The notes: a model not told the origin generated them from the letters alone. DNA of 32,000 bases from Candidatus Saccharimonas sp. (GCA_015256915.3 CP076101.2:300001-332000); one strand, 5' to 3'. Positions 1 to 8,397 are shown, counted from the first letter of the stretch. Program-made: numbers and translations.

Positions 1-193
1 GCTGAACCGCAACTCTTTTTGCGTCGGCCAAATCTTCTGCCCAAGGACATTTCATTCCTGGTAAATCTTGCGTCCAGTTTTTCATATAAACGCCCACAAC
101 GTTATATCCTTGCTCTTTTAAAAGTGCCGCAGTTAAAGATGAGTCTACGCCACCACTCATTCCAACATATACTTTAATTTTTGAATTATCCAT
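1..193 (-). CDS. mnmA: tRNA 2-thiouridine(34) synthase MnmA, N-terminal fragment (gene runs off the left edge)
   Basis: Minus-strand ATG at 193-191 is preceded by GGAG. It translates to [43 protein letters not shown]..., which carries the SGGVDSS PP-loop motif typical of MnmA/TrmU. It is absent from the ORF track because it is truncated by the window edge. Confidence 0.85.
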   Translation of the reverse strand, partial: MDNSKIKVYVGMSGGVDSSLTAALLKEQGYNVVGVYMKNWTQDLPGMKCPWAEDLADAKRVAVQ

Positions 194-808
194 TTATTCT
201 CCTATATAAAATCTAAAAATTCCAAAAAGCTCGCTCATCGAGAGATACCAACCGCGTGAATTTGTCCACCAAAATCCATTCCAATCTGGATCATTCAAAA
301 CTGGTGCCGAAATCACCTCTACGCCCGAACCTTCTAGAGCTTTTTCGAATTCGAGTCTTGCTCGAGTTTGATGATATTTTGAAGTGGTTAGAGTTACGCG
401 CTTATAGCCATTTTGCTTAATTATTTTTGCAGTAAATTGTGCATTTTGGTGAGTGTTTTGAGCCTTTTCTTCGAGTAAAATTTCTTCTTCTAAAACTCCT
501 TGTTTTCGGGCTAAATTAGCCATTTGGCGCGCATCGCTTAAAACTTTAGGATTAGAGTTTGCACCTGAAAAAATCAACTTTTTAGCTTCAACCGATTTAA
601 AAATTTCAATTGCCTCGCGAGTTCTTAAAGCAGTATTTCCGCCAGAAATCGCTATAACTGCATCAATTTTTTGAGAACATTCGCCTTTTTTGTAGTTTGG
701 GCAAATTTCGGCGAGCCGATTTTTATCGCTAATAATTAAAGTTGCGCTAATAATAAAAACCGCAACTAAACCCACAAAGGCTAAAATCCAGGCAATAAAT
801 TTTACCAT
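194..808 (-). CDS. DUF218 (YdcF/SanA-like) protein with an N-terminal membrane anchor
   Basis: 204-aa ORF with an N-terminal TM helix (FIAWILAFVGLVAVFIISATLII). The pattern ISGGN...LIFSGANS...NTHQNAQ...LTTSKYHQTRA matches the DUF218 signature (GG, sG, nT.eNa, vTs.yH..Ra). The stop abuts the mnmA ATG and the start abuts the stop of the upstream gene. Confidence 0.6.
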   Translation of the reverse strand: MVKFIAWILAFVGLVAVFIISATLIISDKNRLAEICPNYKKGECSQKIDAVIAISGGNTALRTREAIEIFKSVEAKKLIFSGANSNPKVLSDARQMANLARKQGVLEEEILLEEKAQNTHQNAQFTAKIIKQNGYKRVTLTTSKYHQTRARLEFEKALEGSGVEVISAPVLNDPDWNGFWWTNSRGWYLSMSELFGIFRFYIGE

Positions 809-1984
809 TTATTTTTGAATCCTCTTAAATTCAGCTTGCACAGTTTTCGAAATTATTTCAGCTGCACGCTTTATGTTTTCTTCATTCGAAAGTTTTCCTA
901 GCGAGATTCGCAAGCTTCCATCGGCCTCAGAATCGCTCAAGCCCATTGCGGTTAAAGTGTGCGAACGTGTACCTTTATTTGCTGCACAAGCTGAACCTGT
1001 TGCCACTAAAACCCCTTGCGTTTCGAGTGCAAAAACCATCCGCTCGGCGTCAATTCCGGGAAAAGATACTGAAATGTGGCTTGCAAGCTGTTTTTTTGGA
1101 TTTCCAAGAAAAATTATTTCTTCATTCGAAAAGTTTTCGCTTAAAGTTTTTTTGAATAATTCCTTTAATTTTCGAAGGCGTTCATTTTCTTTTTTGCGAT
1201 GCTTTTCTGCCAATTGAATAGCTTTCGCAAAACCAATTACACTTGGTACATTTTCAGTTCCGCTTCGCAGATTTCGCTCTTGTCCGCCGCCCACAATTTG
1301 TGCATTAAATTCAATTTCGCGATTAGCCCACAAAAGACCAGTTTGTTTTGGCCCATAAATCTTGCCAGCGTTTAAAGTTAGCATATCTACGCCAAGTCTT
1401 GCAACTGAAATATCCAGTTGACCAACACCTTGACTAGCATCAGAATGGAGATAAATCGGCGTTTTTTCACCATTTGAAAGCCGTCGCATTCGTTCTTCTC
1501 GTACAATTTCGGCAATTTTCGAAATTGGCTGAATTACACCCGTTTCATTATTTGCAAGCATTACTGAAACAATCTTTGTTTTTGGCGAAATTTTTGCACG
1601 TAAATCTTCAAGGTCTATTATGCTATCTTTTTTAATTCTTACAAGTTTTTGGATACCGTATTTTTTGGCTGAATTCAAAACCGCGTGATGCTCAAATTCA
1701 CCAACCAAGATTTCATCGCCATTTTCTTTCGAAGCTGCTGAAAATGCTAAATTAATGCTTTCAGTTGCTCCAGCTGTAATCACAATTTCATCGCTTTTTG
1801 CGCCAATATTTTGCGCAATTTGATGTTTTGCGTCCTCATAGTCTCTTCGAACATCCAAAGCTTGAACATAAGGCGCACTTGGATTGTAGAATTTTTCACT
1901 AAAATATGGCAACATCGCAGCCAAAACTTTTTCACTCACCGGTGTTGTGGCGGCATGGTCAAGATAAATAATTTCCTCGTTCAT
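809..1984 (-). CDS. Cysteine desulfurase (class V aminotransferase, NifS/IscS/YrvO-like)
   Basis: Long ORF with LDHAATTP at the N-terminus, an HKIYGPKQTG-like PLP-lysine region (NAGKIYGPK), and an active-site loop ATGSACAANKG. I prefer the ATG at 1984 over the TTG at 1990 used by the track. Its position upstream of mnmA recalls the Bacillus YrvO-MnmA pair. Confidence 0.9.
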   Translation of the reverse strand: MNEEIIYLDHAATTPVSEKVLAAMLPYFSEKFYNPSAPYVQALDVRRDYEDAKHQIAQNIGAKSDEIVITAGATESINLAFSAASKENGDEILVGEFEHHAVLNSAKKYGIQKLVRIKKDSIIDLEDLRAKISPKTKIVSVMLANNETGVIQPISKIAEIVREERMRRLSNGEKTPIYLHSDASQGVGQLDISVARLGVDMLTLNAGKIYGPKQTGLLWANREIEFNAQIVGGGQERNLRSGTENVPSVIGFAKAIQLAEKHRKKENERLRKLKELFKKTLSENFSNEEIIFLGNPKKQLASHISVSFPGIDAERMVFALETQGVLVATGSACAANKGTRSHTLTAMGLSDSEADGSLRISLGKLSNEENIKRAAEIISKTVQAEFKRIQK

Positions 1985-1991
1985 CTTCAAT

Positions 1992-2000
1992 AGTATAACA
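1992..2000 (-). promoter_or_regulatory. Extended -10 promoter (TGtTATACT), 7 nt upstream of the desulfurase ATG; leaderless candidate
   Basis: The minus strand reads TGtTATACT-attgaag-ATG. There is no Shine-Dalgarno sequence between the -10 element and the start. Confidence 0.4.
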
Positions 2001-2024
2001 CATTTTTAAAAACTTAACAAAAAT

Positions 2025-2645
2025 TTATTCTCTATTTTTTGCTATTTTTTCAGAAATTTTTAATGGATTTTTTGATTTCAAAATTTCGTCAATTTCATTT
2101 TTCGAAAGGCTTTGCCATTTTTTAATTCGGTGATTAAATATTTCAATTTTAATATTTCTCTGCGGAATTTTTTGCTCTTTGCTCCAATCTAAAATTTTCG
2201 AAAGATTTTCTGGTTTAAAAATAAAACCTTCATATCCATATTTTAAACAGCTAAAGCCTAATCTATCGCCAATCTTAACTTTTCCGCCATTATCTTTTTT
2301 GCGTTCTTTTGATAATTCTGAAAAATCTGAAATCGCAAATTCTGGATATTCAAGAGCTTCACCATACAGCCGATTTTTTTCGTCTTCGTTTTCTTTCCAA
2401 GATAACTTTTGCGCTTGTTTGAATTTCTTGGCATTTTTAGGGTTTCGAAACAGAAAAATGTCAGTTCTAACTTTAGTTTTAGTTTTATTTTCTTTTAAGG
2501 TTATGATTATATTTTTCGAAAAGAACAGTTTGAAAATCGCAAGCCAAATTTTGTTGCTAATTTTTGGGTAAAAACTCAGCCATAAATGCTTTCTTCGGTT
2601 GGTTAAAAAGGCAAAAAATGAATAAAATCTAATTTTAAATTCCAT
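2025..2645 (-). CDS. Hypothetical protein (206 aa), hydrophobic N-terminus
   Basis: The ORF track gives 2025..2834, but the internal ATG at 2645 is preceded by AGGAGA-gatatt. The longer version would run through the divergent promoter region. I recognise no family. Confidence 0.5.
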   Translation of the reverse strand: MEFKIRFYSFFAFLTNRRKHLWLSFYPKISNKIWLAIFKLFFSKNIIITLKENKTKTKVRTDIFLFRNPKNAKKFKQAQKLSWKENEDEKNRLYGEALEYPEFAISDFSELSKERKKDNGGKVKIGDRLGFSCLKYGYEGFIFKPENLSKILDWSKEQKIPQRNIKIEIFNHRIKKWQSLSKNEIDEILKSKNPLKISEKIAKNRE

Positions 2646-2718
2646 AATATCTCTCCTAAGGTTTGCAGGATTCATATCTGATTTGGCGATTGCTGAATTG
2701 TTTATATCACGATTATAA

Positions 2719-2747
2719 ATATTATCGTATATAAAAACTAAAGTCAA
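2719..2747 (-). promoter_or_regulatory. Sigma70-like promoter for the 2025..2645 gene
   Basis: The minus strand reads TTGACT - 17 nt - TAATAT. Confidence 0.45.
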
Positions 2748-2772
2748 TATATTTTTCGAAATAATAACACGC

Positions 2773-2801
2773 TTGACTAAAACATATAAATATAGTATAA
2801 T
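2773..2801 (+). promoter_or_regulatory. Sigma70-like promoter for the small zinc-ribbon ORF
   Basis: TTGACT (2773-2778) - 17 nt - TATAAT (2796-2801). Confidence 0.5.
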
Positions 2802-2871
2802 TTTTTTGAAGCTTAAATTAGGTTGCGGAAACAACTATAAGCTTTGAAACTTTCTAAAAGGAGTGATTTCT

Positions 2872-3012
2872 GTGGTATTTCCTAAACCTCATGTAAATGA
2901 GAAGAAATGCGAAAACTGTAATGGAACTGGATGGTATAAACAACGAGGGTTCGTAGGTGCTACCCCTTTTCCATGTAAGGCCTGTGGCCAAACCGGAAGA
3001 GTAAAAGAATAA
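2872..3012 (+). CDS. Small (46 aa) DnaJ-type zinc-ribbon protein, not in the ORF track
   Basis: GTG at 2872 lies 8 nt after AAAGGAG (2857-2863). It translates to VVFPKPHVNEKKCENCNGTGWYKQRGFVGATPFPCKACGQTGRVKE, with two CxxCxGxG motifs. It has its own promoter upstream and a hairpin terminator downstream. Confidence 0.55.
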   Translation: MVFPKPHVNEKKCENCNGTGWYKQRGFVGATPFPCKACGQTGRVKE

Positions 3013-3034
3013 CTTCTCTGTAATATTTTTATTA

Positions 3035-3060
3035 AGCCGCAACTTGCGGCTCTTTTAATT
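3035..3060 (+). terminator. Rho-independent terminator
   Basis: AGCCGC-aactt-GCGGCT hairpin followed by cttttaatttt. Confidence 0.6.
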
Positions 3061-3072
3061 TTCGAAAAATTA

Positions 3073-3081
3073 TGTTAAAAT
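3073..3081 (+). promoter_or_regulatory. Extended -10 promoter (TGtTAAAAT) for the ABC exporter operon
   Basis: TGtTAAAAT lies about 45 nt upstream of the ATG at 3127, which has an AAAGGAA ribosome-binding site. Confidence 0.45.
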
Positions 3082-3126
3082 GGTGGAACCGCTTAAAATC
3101 TATAAACTATAAAAACGAAAGGAATT

Positions 3127-4998
3127 ATGCTAAAATTTATTTTTAAATTTGCTAAAAAATATTGGCTAAGTTTAACTCTTATGCTTATTTTTACGGTTCT
3201 TTCGGCAAAAATTAATCTTGATTTGCCACAATATACCGCAAAAATTATTACTGAAGGTGTGGCCATGAAAAACATGGAAGCTATTTATTCGAACGGCTTT
3301 CATATGATTGGGCTTTCTCTTTTGAGTGGCGTTTTAATGCTGGCAGGAATTTTCTTCGCGAGCCGTTCAGTTGGGGCGATGGCGCGAGATATTCGCCATG
3401 CAACTTTCGAAAAAATTGAAAACTTTTCGATGAACGAGTTTGGCAAATTCTCGGTTTCGAGCCTTACAACACGAATTACGAACGACGCACGGCAATTTCA
3501 ACAAACTTTCACAATGATTATGCGAATGGGAATTTATGCCCCAATTGTTGGTGTTGGTGCGATTATTAACACTTTAGCTATTTCTGGTTCGATGAGCTGG
3601 ATTATGGTTGTGACGATTTTTTCTATCATTACTTTGACTACGATTATTGGTATTTTTGCTGTTCCGAAACTAAAGATTTTTCAAACAAAACTCGATAAAT
3701 TAAATATGCAAACTCGCCAAACAATTACTGGTTTGCGTGTAATTAGAGCCTATAGAAAAGAAAAAGTCGAAGAAGAAAAATTTGATGAAATCAATAATGA
3801 AATGCTCAAAATGAATATCTTTTTCGAAAGGATTTTTGGCTTAATTTCGCCGTATATGACGATGGTTTCTGGACTTGGGCTTGTAGCAATTGCTTGGATT
3901 GGTTCATATTTTGTAAAATCTGGTGAAATTTCAATTGGCGATGTAACTTCCCTTACCCAATATCTTGCTCAAGTTACTTTTGCTTTCGTGATGCTTTCGA
4001 TGATTTTTATATCAATTCCACGAATGAATGTTGCGATTAAACGTTTGGGTGAAATTCTTGATGAAGAAATTTCGGTGAAAGATAAAACTAAAACGCAAAA
4101 AATGCCAAAAACTTTCGATTTAACTTTCGAAAATGTTAGTTTTGTCTATCCAGATTCTGAAGAAGCCGTTCTTGAAAATATCAATTTTTCAGTAAAGCAA
4201 GGTGAAACTATTGCTGTAATTGGTGGAACTGGTTCAGGAAAATCTACTATTGCAAAATTAATTCCACGATTTTATGATGTTTCGAAAGGCGAAATTAAAC
4301 TAGGCGGAGTGGATATTCGCGACTTAAAGCAAAGCGAACTTCACGATTTGATTGGCTATGTTCCACAAAAAGCAAACCTTTTTTCTGGGAATATCCGTGA
4401 AAATATTAATTATAGTTCTTCGAAAAACCTGAGTGACGAAGAAATTATTGAAGCTCTAAAAATTGCTCAAGCTTGGGATTTTGTTCAGAAATTGCCTGAA
4501 GATTTAAATGAGAAAGTTTCGCAAGGTGGCAAAAATTTCTCTGGTGGTCAAAAACAACGACTTTCAATTGCTCGGGCAATCGCCTCAAAAGCTCCAATTT
4601 TAATTTTCGATGATAGCTTTTCTGCACTTGATTATAAAACCGACGCTAAGCTTCGTGCCGAACTTGCTATAAAAACTAAATCGCAAACCAAGTTTATTGT
4701 CGCTCAACGGGTAACTTCGATTATGCAAGCCGATAAAATTATTGTTTTAGACGGTGGAAAGATTGTTGGAATTGGTATTCATGGTGAACTTCTTAAAAAT
4801 AATGAAATTTACCGCGAAATTGCATCTTCGCAGCTTTCTGATGAAGAAATTGAAACGCAAATTAAGGATTTTGAAAAGCAAAAAACTATTTCGAAAACTC
4901 AAAAAAATACTAAAAAAGCAGTTTCGGTTTCGAAAAAGATAGCCAAGAAAAGCTTAAAAAAGGTAATTTCGAAAAAATCTAAGAAAGGAGAAAAATAA
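3127..4998 (+). CDS. ABC exporter, fused permease/ATPase, subunit with degenerate ATPase motifs
   Basis: 623 aa with a six-TM-type N-terminal half. Walker A is GGTGSGKST and the signature is FSGGQKQR. Walker B is ILIFDD (Asp in place of the catalytic Glu) and the H-loop is VAQR (Gln in place of His). There is a Lys-rich C-terminal tail. Confidence 0.9.
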   Translation: MLKFIFKFAKKYWLSLTLMLIFTVLSAKINLDLPQYTAKIITEGVAMKNMEAIYSNGFHMIGLSLLSGVLMLAGIFFASRSVGAMARDIRHATFEKIENFSMNEFGKFSVSSLTTRITNDARQFQQTFTMIMRMGIYAPIVGVGAIINTLAISGSMSWIMVVTIFSIITLTTIIGIFAVPKLKIFQTKLDKLNMQTRQTITGLRVIRAYRKEKVEEEKFDEINNEMLKMNIFFERIFGLISPYMTMVSGLGLVAIAWIGSYFVKSGEISIGDVTSLTQYLAQVTFAFVMLSMIFISIPRMNVAIKRLGEILDEEISVKDKTKTQKMPKTFDLTFENVSFVYPDSEEAVLENINFSVKQGETIAVIGGTGSGKSTIAKLIPRFYDVSKGEIKLGGVDIRDLKQSELHDLIGYVPQKANLFSGNIRENINYSSSKNLSDEEIIEALKIAQAWDFVQKLPEDLNEKVSQGGKNFSGGQKQRLSIARAIASKAPILIFDDSFSALDYKTDAKLRAELAIKTKSQTKFIVAQRVTSIMQADKIIVLDGGKIVGIGIHGELLKNNEIYREIASSQLSDEEIETQIKDFEKQKTISKTQKNTKKAVSVSKKIAKKSLKKVISKKSKKGEK

Positions 4999-6782
4999 TG
5001 GCGAAAAATCAAAAAAACAAACTTTCGCTAAAAACAATTTGGCGACTCTTGCTATATTTTACACCGTTTAAATTCCTGATTGTATTTTTTGCGATTATGG
5101 TGATTTTGAGCTCGGTTTCAGCGATTGTTGGGCCACAAATTGTGGGTGAGATGATTAATTTAATTACTAAAAATTTTGAAATTCAATCTGGCGCAGTTCG
5201 ATTTAATCCTGATTTTTCGAAAATTACCGAACTTGGCTTTATTTTGATTGCTATCTATGTTGGATCAGGAGTTTTTGGTTATGCGCAAAACTGGATTATG
5301 GGTCAAATGGTTCAAGAAATTGTTTTTAAATTACGTGACGAAGCTTCAAAAAAAATCGCGCGACTACCTCTTTCATATTTTGATAAGCACAAAACTGGTG
5401 ATACGGTTTCAATTATTACGAACGACATCGAGACACTCAGCAACAGTTTGAGCGAGAGCTTAAATCAGCTTTCTTATTCAATAATTACAATTGTTGGTGT
5501 GACTGTTATGATGATTTCGATTAGCTGGCAAATGAGCCTAATTGCTCTTGCAACTGGAATAATTTCGGTTGGAATTATTATGATTATTTCGAAGTTTAGC
5601 CAAGTTTATTTTATGGATTTGCAAAAATTCACATCGAGTTTAACTGCTCATACTGAGGAAATGCTTTCTTCGCACGAAGTTATTAAGGTTTATAATGGCG
5701 AAAAATCATCGGTTGAAAATTTCGAAAAAATCAATAATAAAATGTATATTTCATCTTGGAAGTCTCAGTTTTTTGGTGGACTTCTCTACCCAATTATGGG
5801 TTTCATTAATAATCTTTCAACTTTAACTGTTGTGGTTGTTGGCGGAGTTCGTGCATTAAGTGGCCAGATGACAATTGGTGAGATTACTGCTTTTATGCAA
5901 TATATGAGCCGATTCACACAACCAATTTCGAATATCGCGAATTCAATGACAAGTGTTCAAACAACGGTTGCAGCCTGCGAGCGAATTTTTTGCTTTCTTG
6001 GTGCTGAAGAAGAGACTTTTATTGAGATTTCAAAAACTTTACCGAAAGAAATTAAAGGATCTGTAGAATTTTCGAAAGTTAATTTCTCATATTCAAAAAA
6101 TAAGCCCATTATTACGAATTTCAGCACAAAAATTGCACCACGTTCAAATGTGGCGATTGTTGGCCCAACTGGAGCTGGAAAAACTACACTTGTGAATCTA
6201 TTGATGCGATTCTATGATATTGATAGTGGAAAAATCACAATTGACGGAATTGATACTTCAAAAATGTCGCGGCATGATGTTCGCTCACTTTTTGGAATGG
6301 TTCTTCAGGATACGTGGCTTTTTAATGGCACGATTGCTGAAAACTTGGCTTATGGAAAACCTGATGCCACTCGTGAAGAAATTATCGAGGCCGCAAAAGC
6401 CGCTCATGCCGACCACTTTATTCGAACCTTACCAAAAGGTTATGATACGGTAATTTCTGAAGATATCGATAATGTCTCGGCTGGTGAAAAACAGCTTCTA
6501 ACAATTGCGCGGGCTATTTTGGCAGATTCACCAATGTTGATTCTTGATGAGGCAACCAGCTCTGTTGATACACGAACGGAGGCTGCTATTCAATCAGCAA
6601 TGGATAATTTAACTCACGGCCGTACAAGCTTTGTGATTGCACACCGCCTTTCAACGATTCGAAATTCCGATTTAATTCTAGTGCTGGAACACGGAAACAT
6701 TGTTGAGCAAGGTTCTCACAAAGAATTACTTTCGAAAAATGGCGCTTATGCGAAACTTTACAATTCGCAATTTGCTGAATAA
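4998..6782 (+). CDS. ABC exporter, fused permease/ATPase, subunit with canonical catalytic motifs
   Basis: 594 aa. Walker A is GPTGAGKTT, Walker B is MLILDEATS (canonical Glu), and the H-loop is IAHR, but the signature motif is degenerate (VSAGEKQ). The start overlaps the upstream stop (TAATG). Confidence 0.9.
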   Translation: MAKNQKNKLSLKTIWRLLLYFTPFKFLIVFFAIMVILSSVSAIVGPQIVGEMINLITKNFEIQSGAVRFNPDFSKITELGFILIAIYVGSGVFGYAQNWIMGQMVQEIVFKLRDEASKKIARLPLSYFDKHKTGDTVSIITNDIETLSNSLSESLNQLSYSIITIVGVTVMMISISWQMSLIALATGIISVGIIMIISKFSQVYFMDLQKFTSSLTAHTEEMLSSHEVIKVYNGEKSSVENFEKINNKMYISSWKSQFFGGLLYPIMGFINNLSTLTVVVVGGVRALSGQMTIGEITAFMQYMSRFTQPISNIANSMTSVQTTVAACERIFCFLGAEEETFIEISKTLPKEIKGSVEFSKVNFSYSKNKPIITNFSTKIAPRSNVAIVGPTGAGKTTLVNLLMRFYDIDSGKITIDGIDTSKMSRHDVRSLFGMVLQDTWLFNGTIAENLAYGKPDATREEIIEAAKAAHADHFIRTLPKGYDTVISEDIDNVSAGEKQLLTIARAILADSPMLILDEATSSVDTRTEAAIQSAMDNLTHGRTSFVIAHRLSTIRNSDLILVLEHGNIVEQGSHKELLSKNGAYAKLYNSQFAE

Positions 6783-6798
6783 AATTCAAAATAGAAAA

Positions 6799-6819
6799 AA
6801 GCCCGATCGTTTCGGGCTT
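6799..6819. terminator. Bidirectional hairpin terminator between convergent genes
   Basis: AAGCCCGA-tcgtt-TCGGGCTT, flanked by an A-run upstream and a T-rich stretch downstream. Confidence 0.6.
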
Positions 6820-6830
6820 AATTTGTTGGC

Positions 6831-7199
6831 TTAGCAATAAGAAAATTCTGCAGCTAAAGCGCCGTAATTATATATTTGAGCGCTATCGCTGAGACTAGCA
6901 TGGTCTTTAGCATAAATTGCATTTAAGAAATGAAATTTATTCGCTAGTTCTGAATGCTGAGACAAAGGCCATAGTTCTTCAATTTTTTTGAAGAACTTGC
7001 GCCCTTCTGTTATGTTAAAACGGTAAAGCTTAGCGTAAGCTAGCCAAAAGACTAACTCTTTAACATCGTTTTTATGATAAGCTTTTTCAAGCTTATCTAG
7101 AACTTTTGACGGATGTGTTTTTGGCGTCGCCTTTTTGCCTTGAATTTTAGCAAGTTTTTCTTGGTTTTGGGTTTGAACCCAATTTATGATTTCGGCCAT
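6831..7199 (-). CDS. Hypothetical protein (122 aa)
   Basis: The ATG at 7199 is preceded by AAAGGAGG-ccaaaaca. The track's longer start at 7232 lacks an RBS. No family recognised. Confidence 0.5.
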   Translation of the reverse strand: MAEIINWVQTQNQEKLAKIQGKKATPKTHPSKVLDKLEKAYHKNDVKELVFWLAYAKLYRFNITEGRKFFKKIEELWPLSQHSELANKFHFLNAIYAKDHASLSDSAQIYNYGALAAEFSYC

Positions 7200-7296
7200 T
7201 GTTTTGGCCTCCTTTTCTAAAAATATTCGCAAAAGCCAACTTTATAAATTACGAGCTAAAAGCTCAATTTTGAAAGTAAGCTTTTAACTTGTTATT

Positions 7297-7325
7297 ATTG
7301 TATCATAAAAAAGCTTTTTTGTCAA
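7297..7325 (-). promoter_or_regulatory. Consensus sigma70-like promoter for the 6831..7199 gene
   Basis: The minus strand reads TTGACA - 17 nt - TACAAT, with TG at the extended -10 position. Confidence 0.55.
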
Positions 7326-7372
7326 TACTTAGTAGAAATTTTTCAAAAACTCTTCACTTTTCGAAATTTTTA

Positions 7373-7381
7373 TGTTAAAAT
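7373..7381 (+). promoter_or_regulatory. Extended -10 promoter (TGtTAAAAT) for tRNA-Trp
   Basis: The -10 element ends 8 nt before the first tRNA nucleotide. Confidence 0.45.
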
Positions 7382-7389
7382 AGTTTCAT

Positions 7390-7465
7390 ACGGGCATAGC
7401 TCAGTTGGTAGAGCACAGGTCTCCAAAACCTGGTGTCGGGAGTTCGAGTCTCTCTGCCCGTGCCA
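7390..7465 (+). tRNA. trnW: tRNA-Trp (anticodon CCA), CCA end encoded
   Basis: I folded the cloverleaf by hand. The acceptor is ACGGGCA/TGCCCGT and the D arm is GCTC-agttggta-GAGC. The anticodon arm is CAGGT-CTCCAAA-ACCTG and the T arm is GGGAG-ttcgagt-CTCTC. The 3' end is a discriminator G plus CCA. Confidence 0.9.
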
Positions 7466-7489
7466 AAATTATTCCATTATGAATTATAT

Positions 7490-7511
7490 ACACCAAAATT
7501 GGTGTTTTTTT
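7490..7511 (+). terminator. Rho-independent terminator after tRNA-Trp
   Basis: ACACCAA-aa-TTGGTGT followed by a T6-7 run. Confidence 0.65.
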
Positions 7512-7662
7512 AGTTTGCAACATTAAAAGTAAATTTTATTTTATAGATTTTATTTTTTTTAGTTTTGCCAAATTAATTTCACTGCTGTTCTAATATTTAG
7601 AATTTTACAAAAAATAAAATTTCAAAAATTTAAGAATAATTCTCGCCAACCTTCTTAAAAAA

Positions 7663-7671
7663 TGCTATAAT
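7663..7671 (+). promoter_or_regulatory. Extended -10 promoter (TGcTATAAT), 6 nt upstream of the ATG at 7678; leaderless candidate
   Basis: TGcTATAAT-atactt-ATG with no Shine-Dalgarno sequence. Confidence 0.45.
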
Positions 7672-7677
7672 ATACTT

Positions 7678-8370
7678 ATGGCTATTGTTGATAAAGAGTT
7701 TGGTGAAATTAAAATTCGAAAAAGCAAACTCACTCGCTCTGTAAAACTTTCTGTCGGTGTTGATGGAAGTTTACGCGCATCAATTCCTTATTATTCGCCA
7801 GAATTTTCTGTCCAGCGTTTAGTTAATCATAATCGCACGCAAATTCGCGAAATGCTTGCTTTACATAATACTAAAAATCTTTATAAAAATGGTGATTTAA
7901 TTGGTAAAACGCACACACTTTTTTTTCGAAAATTTTTGGGTGAAGAAATTAAAATTTCAAATGAAGGAAATCAGATTTTAGTGCAAATCCCGCAAGATTT
8001 ATCTTTCGAAAATCAACTTGTCCAATCAGAAATCCGCAAAACTGTATCAAAAATTCTTCGAAAGCAAGCTAAGGCGTATTTACCCCGCCGAATTGATTTT
8101 TTGGCAGAAAAATATGGTTTTAACTTTAAGAAATTGCGTTTTTCACATACTTGTACACGGTGGGGTTCATGCTCTTCTAGCGGAACAATTTCTTTAAATA
8201 TTGCATTGATGAATTTGCCACACCATTTGATTGATTATGTGATTATTCATGAACTTTGCCATACTCGGCAAATGAACCATTCATCTAAATTTTGGCAAGA
8301 AGTGGAAAAATATTGCCCAGATTATAAGAAATGTGTTCAAGAAATAAAACAGTTTTCGCCAAACATTTAG
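7678..8370 (+). CDS. YgjP-like (DUF45 / M48 family) zinc metallopeptidase
   Basis: 230 aa with a C-terminal HELCHTRQMNHSSKFW (HExxH) motif, in the position and context typical of the YgjP/DUF45 family. Confidence 0.75.
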   Translation: MAIVDKEFGEIKIRKSKLTRSVKLSVGVDGSLRASIPYYSPEFSVQRLVNHNRTQIREMLALHNTKNLYKNGDLIGKTHTLFFRKFLGEEIKISNEGNQILVQIPQDLSFENQLVQSEIRKTVSKILRKQAKAYLPRRIDFLAEKYGFNFKKLRFSHTCTRWGSCSSSGTISLNIALMNLPHHLIDYVIIHELCHTRQMNHSSKFWQEVEKYCPDYKKCVQEIKQFSPNI

Positions 8371-8397
8371 TTTAAGGCGGATAATTGGTTAAACCGC

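Noticed and set aside
873-1217. Antisense or nested ORFs inside long genes. Examples: 873..1217, 946..1155, 2179..2571, 4445..4627, 9928..10197, 13238..13459, 18339..18533, 19004..19485, 20035..20440, 22142..22327, 24387..24617, 24783..25191, 30486..30764.
   Set aside because: They are shadow ORFs opposite or inside genes with clear family signatures. They have no RBS and their composition is typical of the reverse frames of real genes.
2646-2834. The long N-terminal version (269 aa) of the 2025.. ORF.
   Set aside because: The upstream 63 codons span two back-to-back promoters and are low-complexity AT-rich translation. The internal ATG at 2645 has a strong AGGAGA site.
2854-3042. 62-aa minus-strand ORF in the ORF track.
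   Set aside because: It is antisense to a better-supported plus-strand small ORF that has a promoter, RBS, zinc-finger motifs and a terminator. It has no RBS of its own and would have to start inside the terminator hairpin.
3058-3081. A nearly identical promoter module TTTTCGAAA(w)TTATGTTAAAAT at 3058-3081 and 7358-7381. It could be a shared operator, since the TTCGAA palindrome sits about 12-13 nt upstream of the -10 box.
   Set aside because: There are only two instances, and TTCGAA is so abundant everywhere that its presence near two similar AT-rich promoters could be chance. Other promoters in the window lack it. I record it as a note, not a claim.
7466-7677. The 212-nt AT-rich spacer after tRNA-Trp, and the 204-nt spacer at 12991..13194, as possible small-RNA or small-ORF loci.
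   Set aside because: Beyond the terminator hairpins I found no convincing structure, promoter/terminator pair or RBS-preceded ORF. The 20-codon ATG ORF at about 13012 has no RBS.
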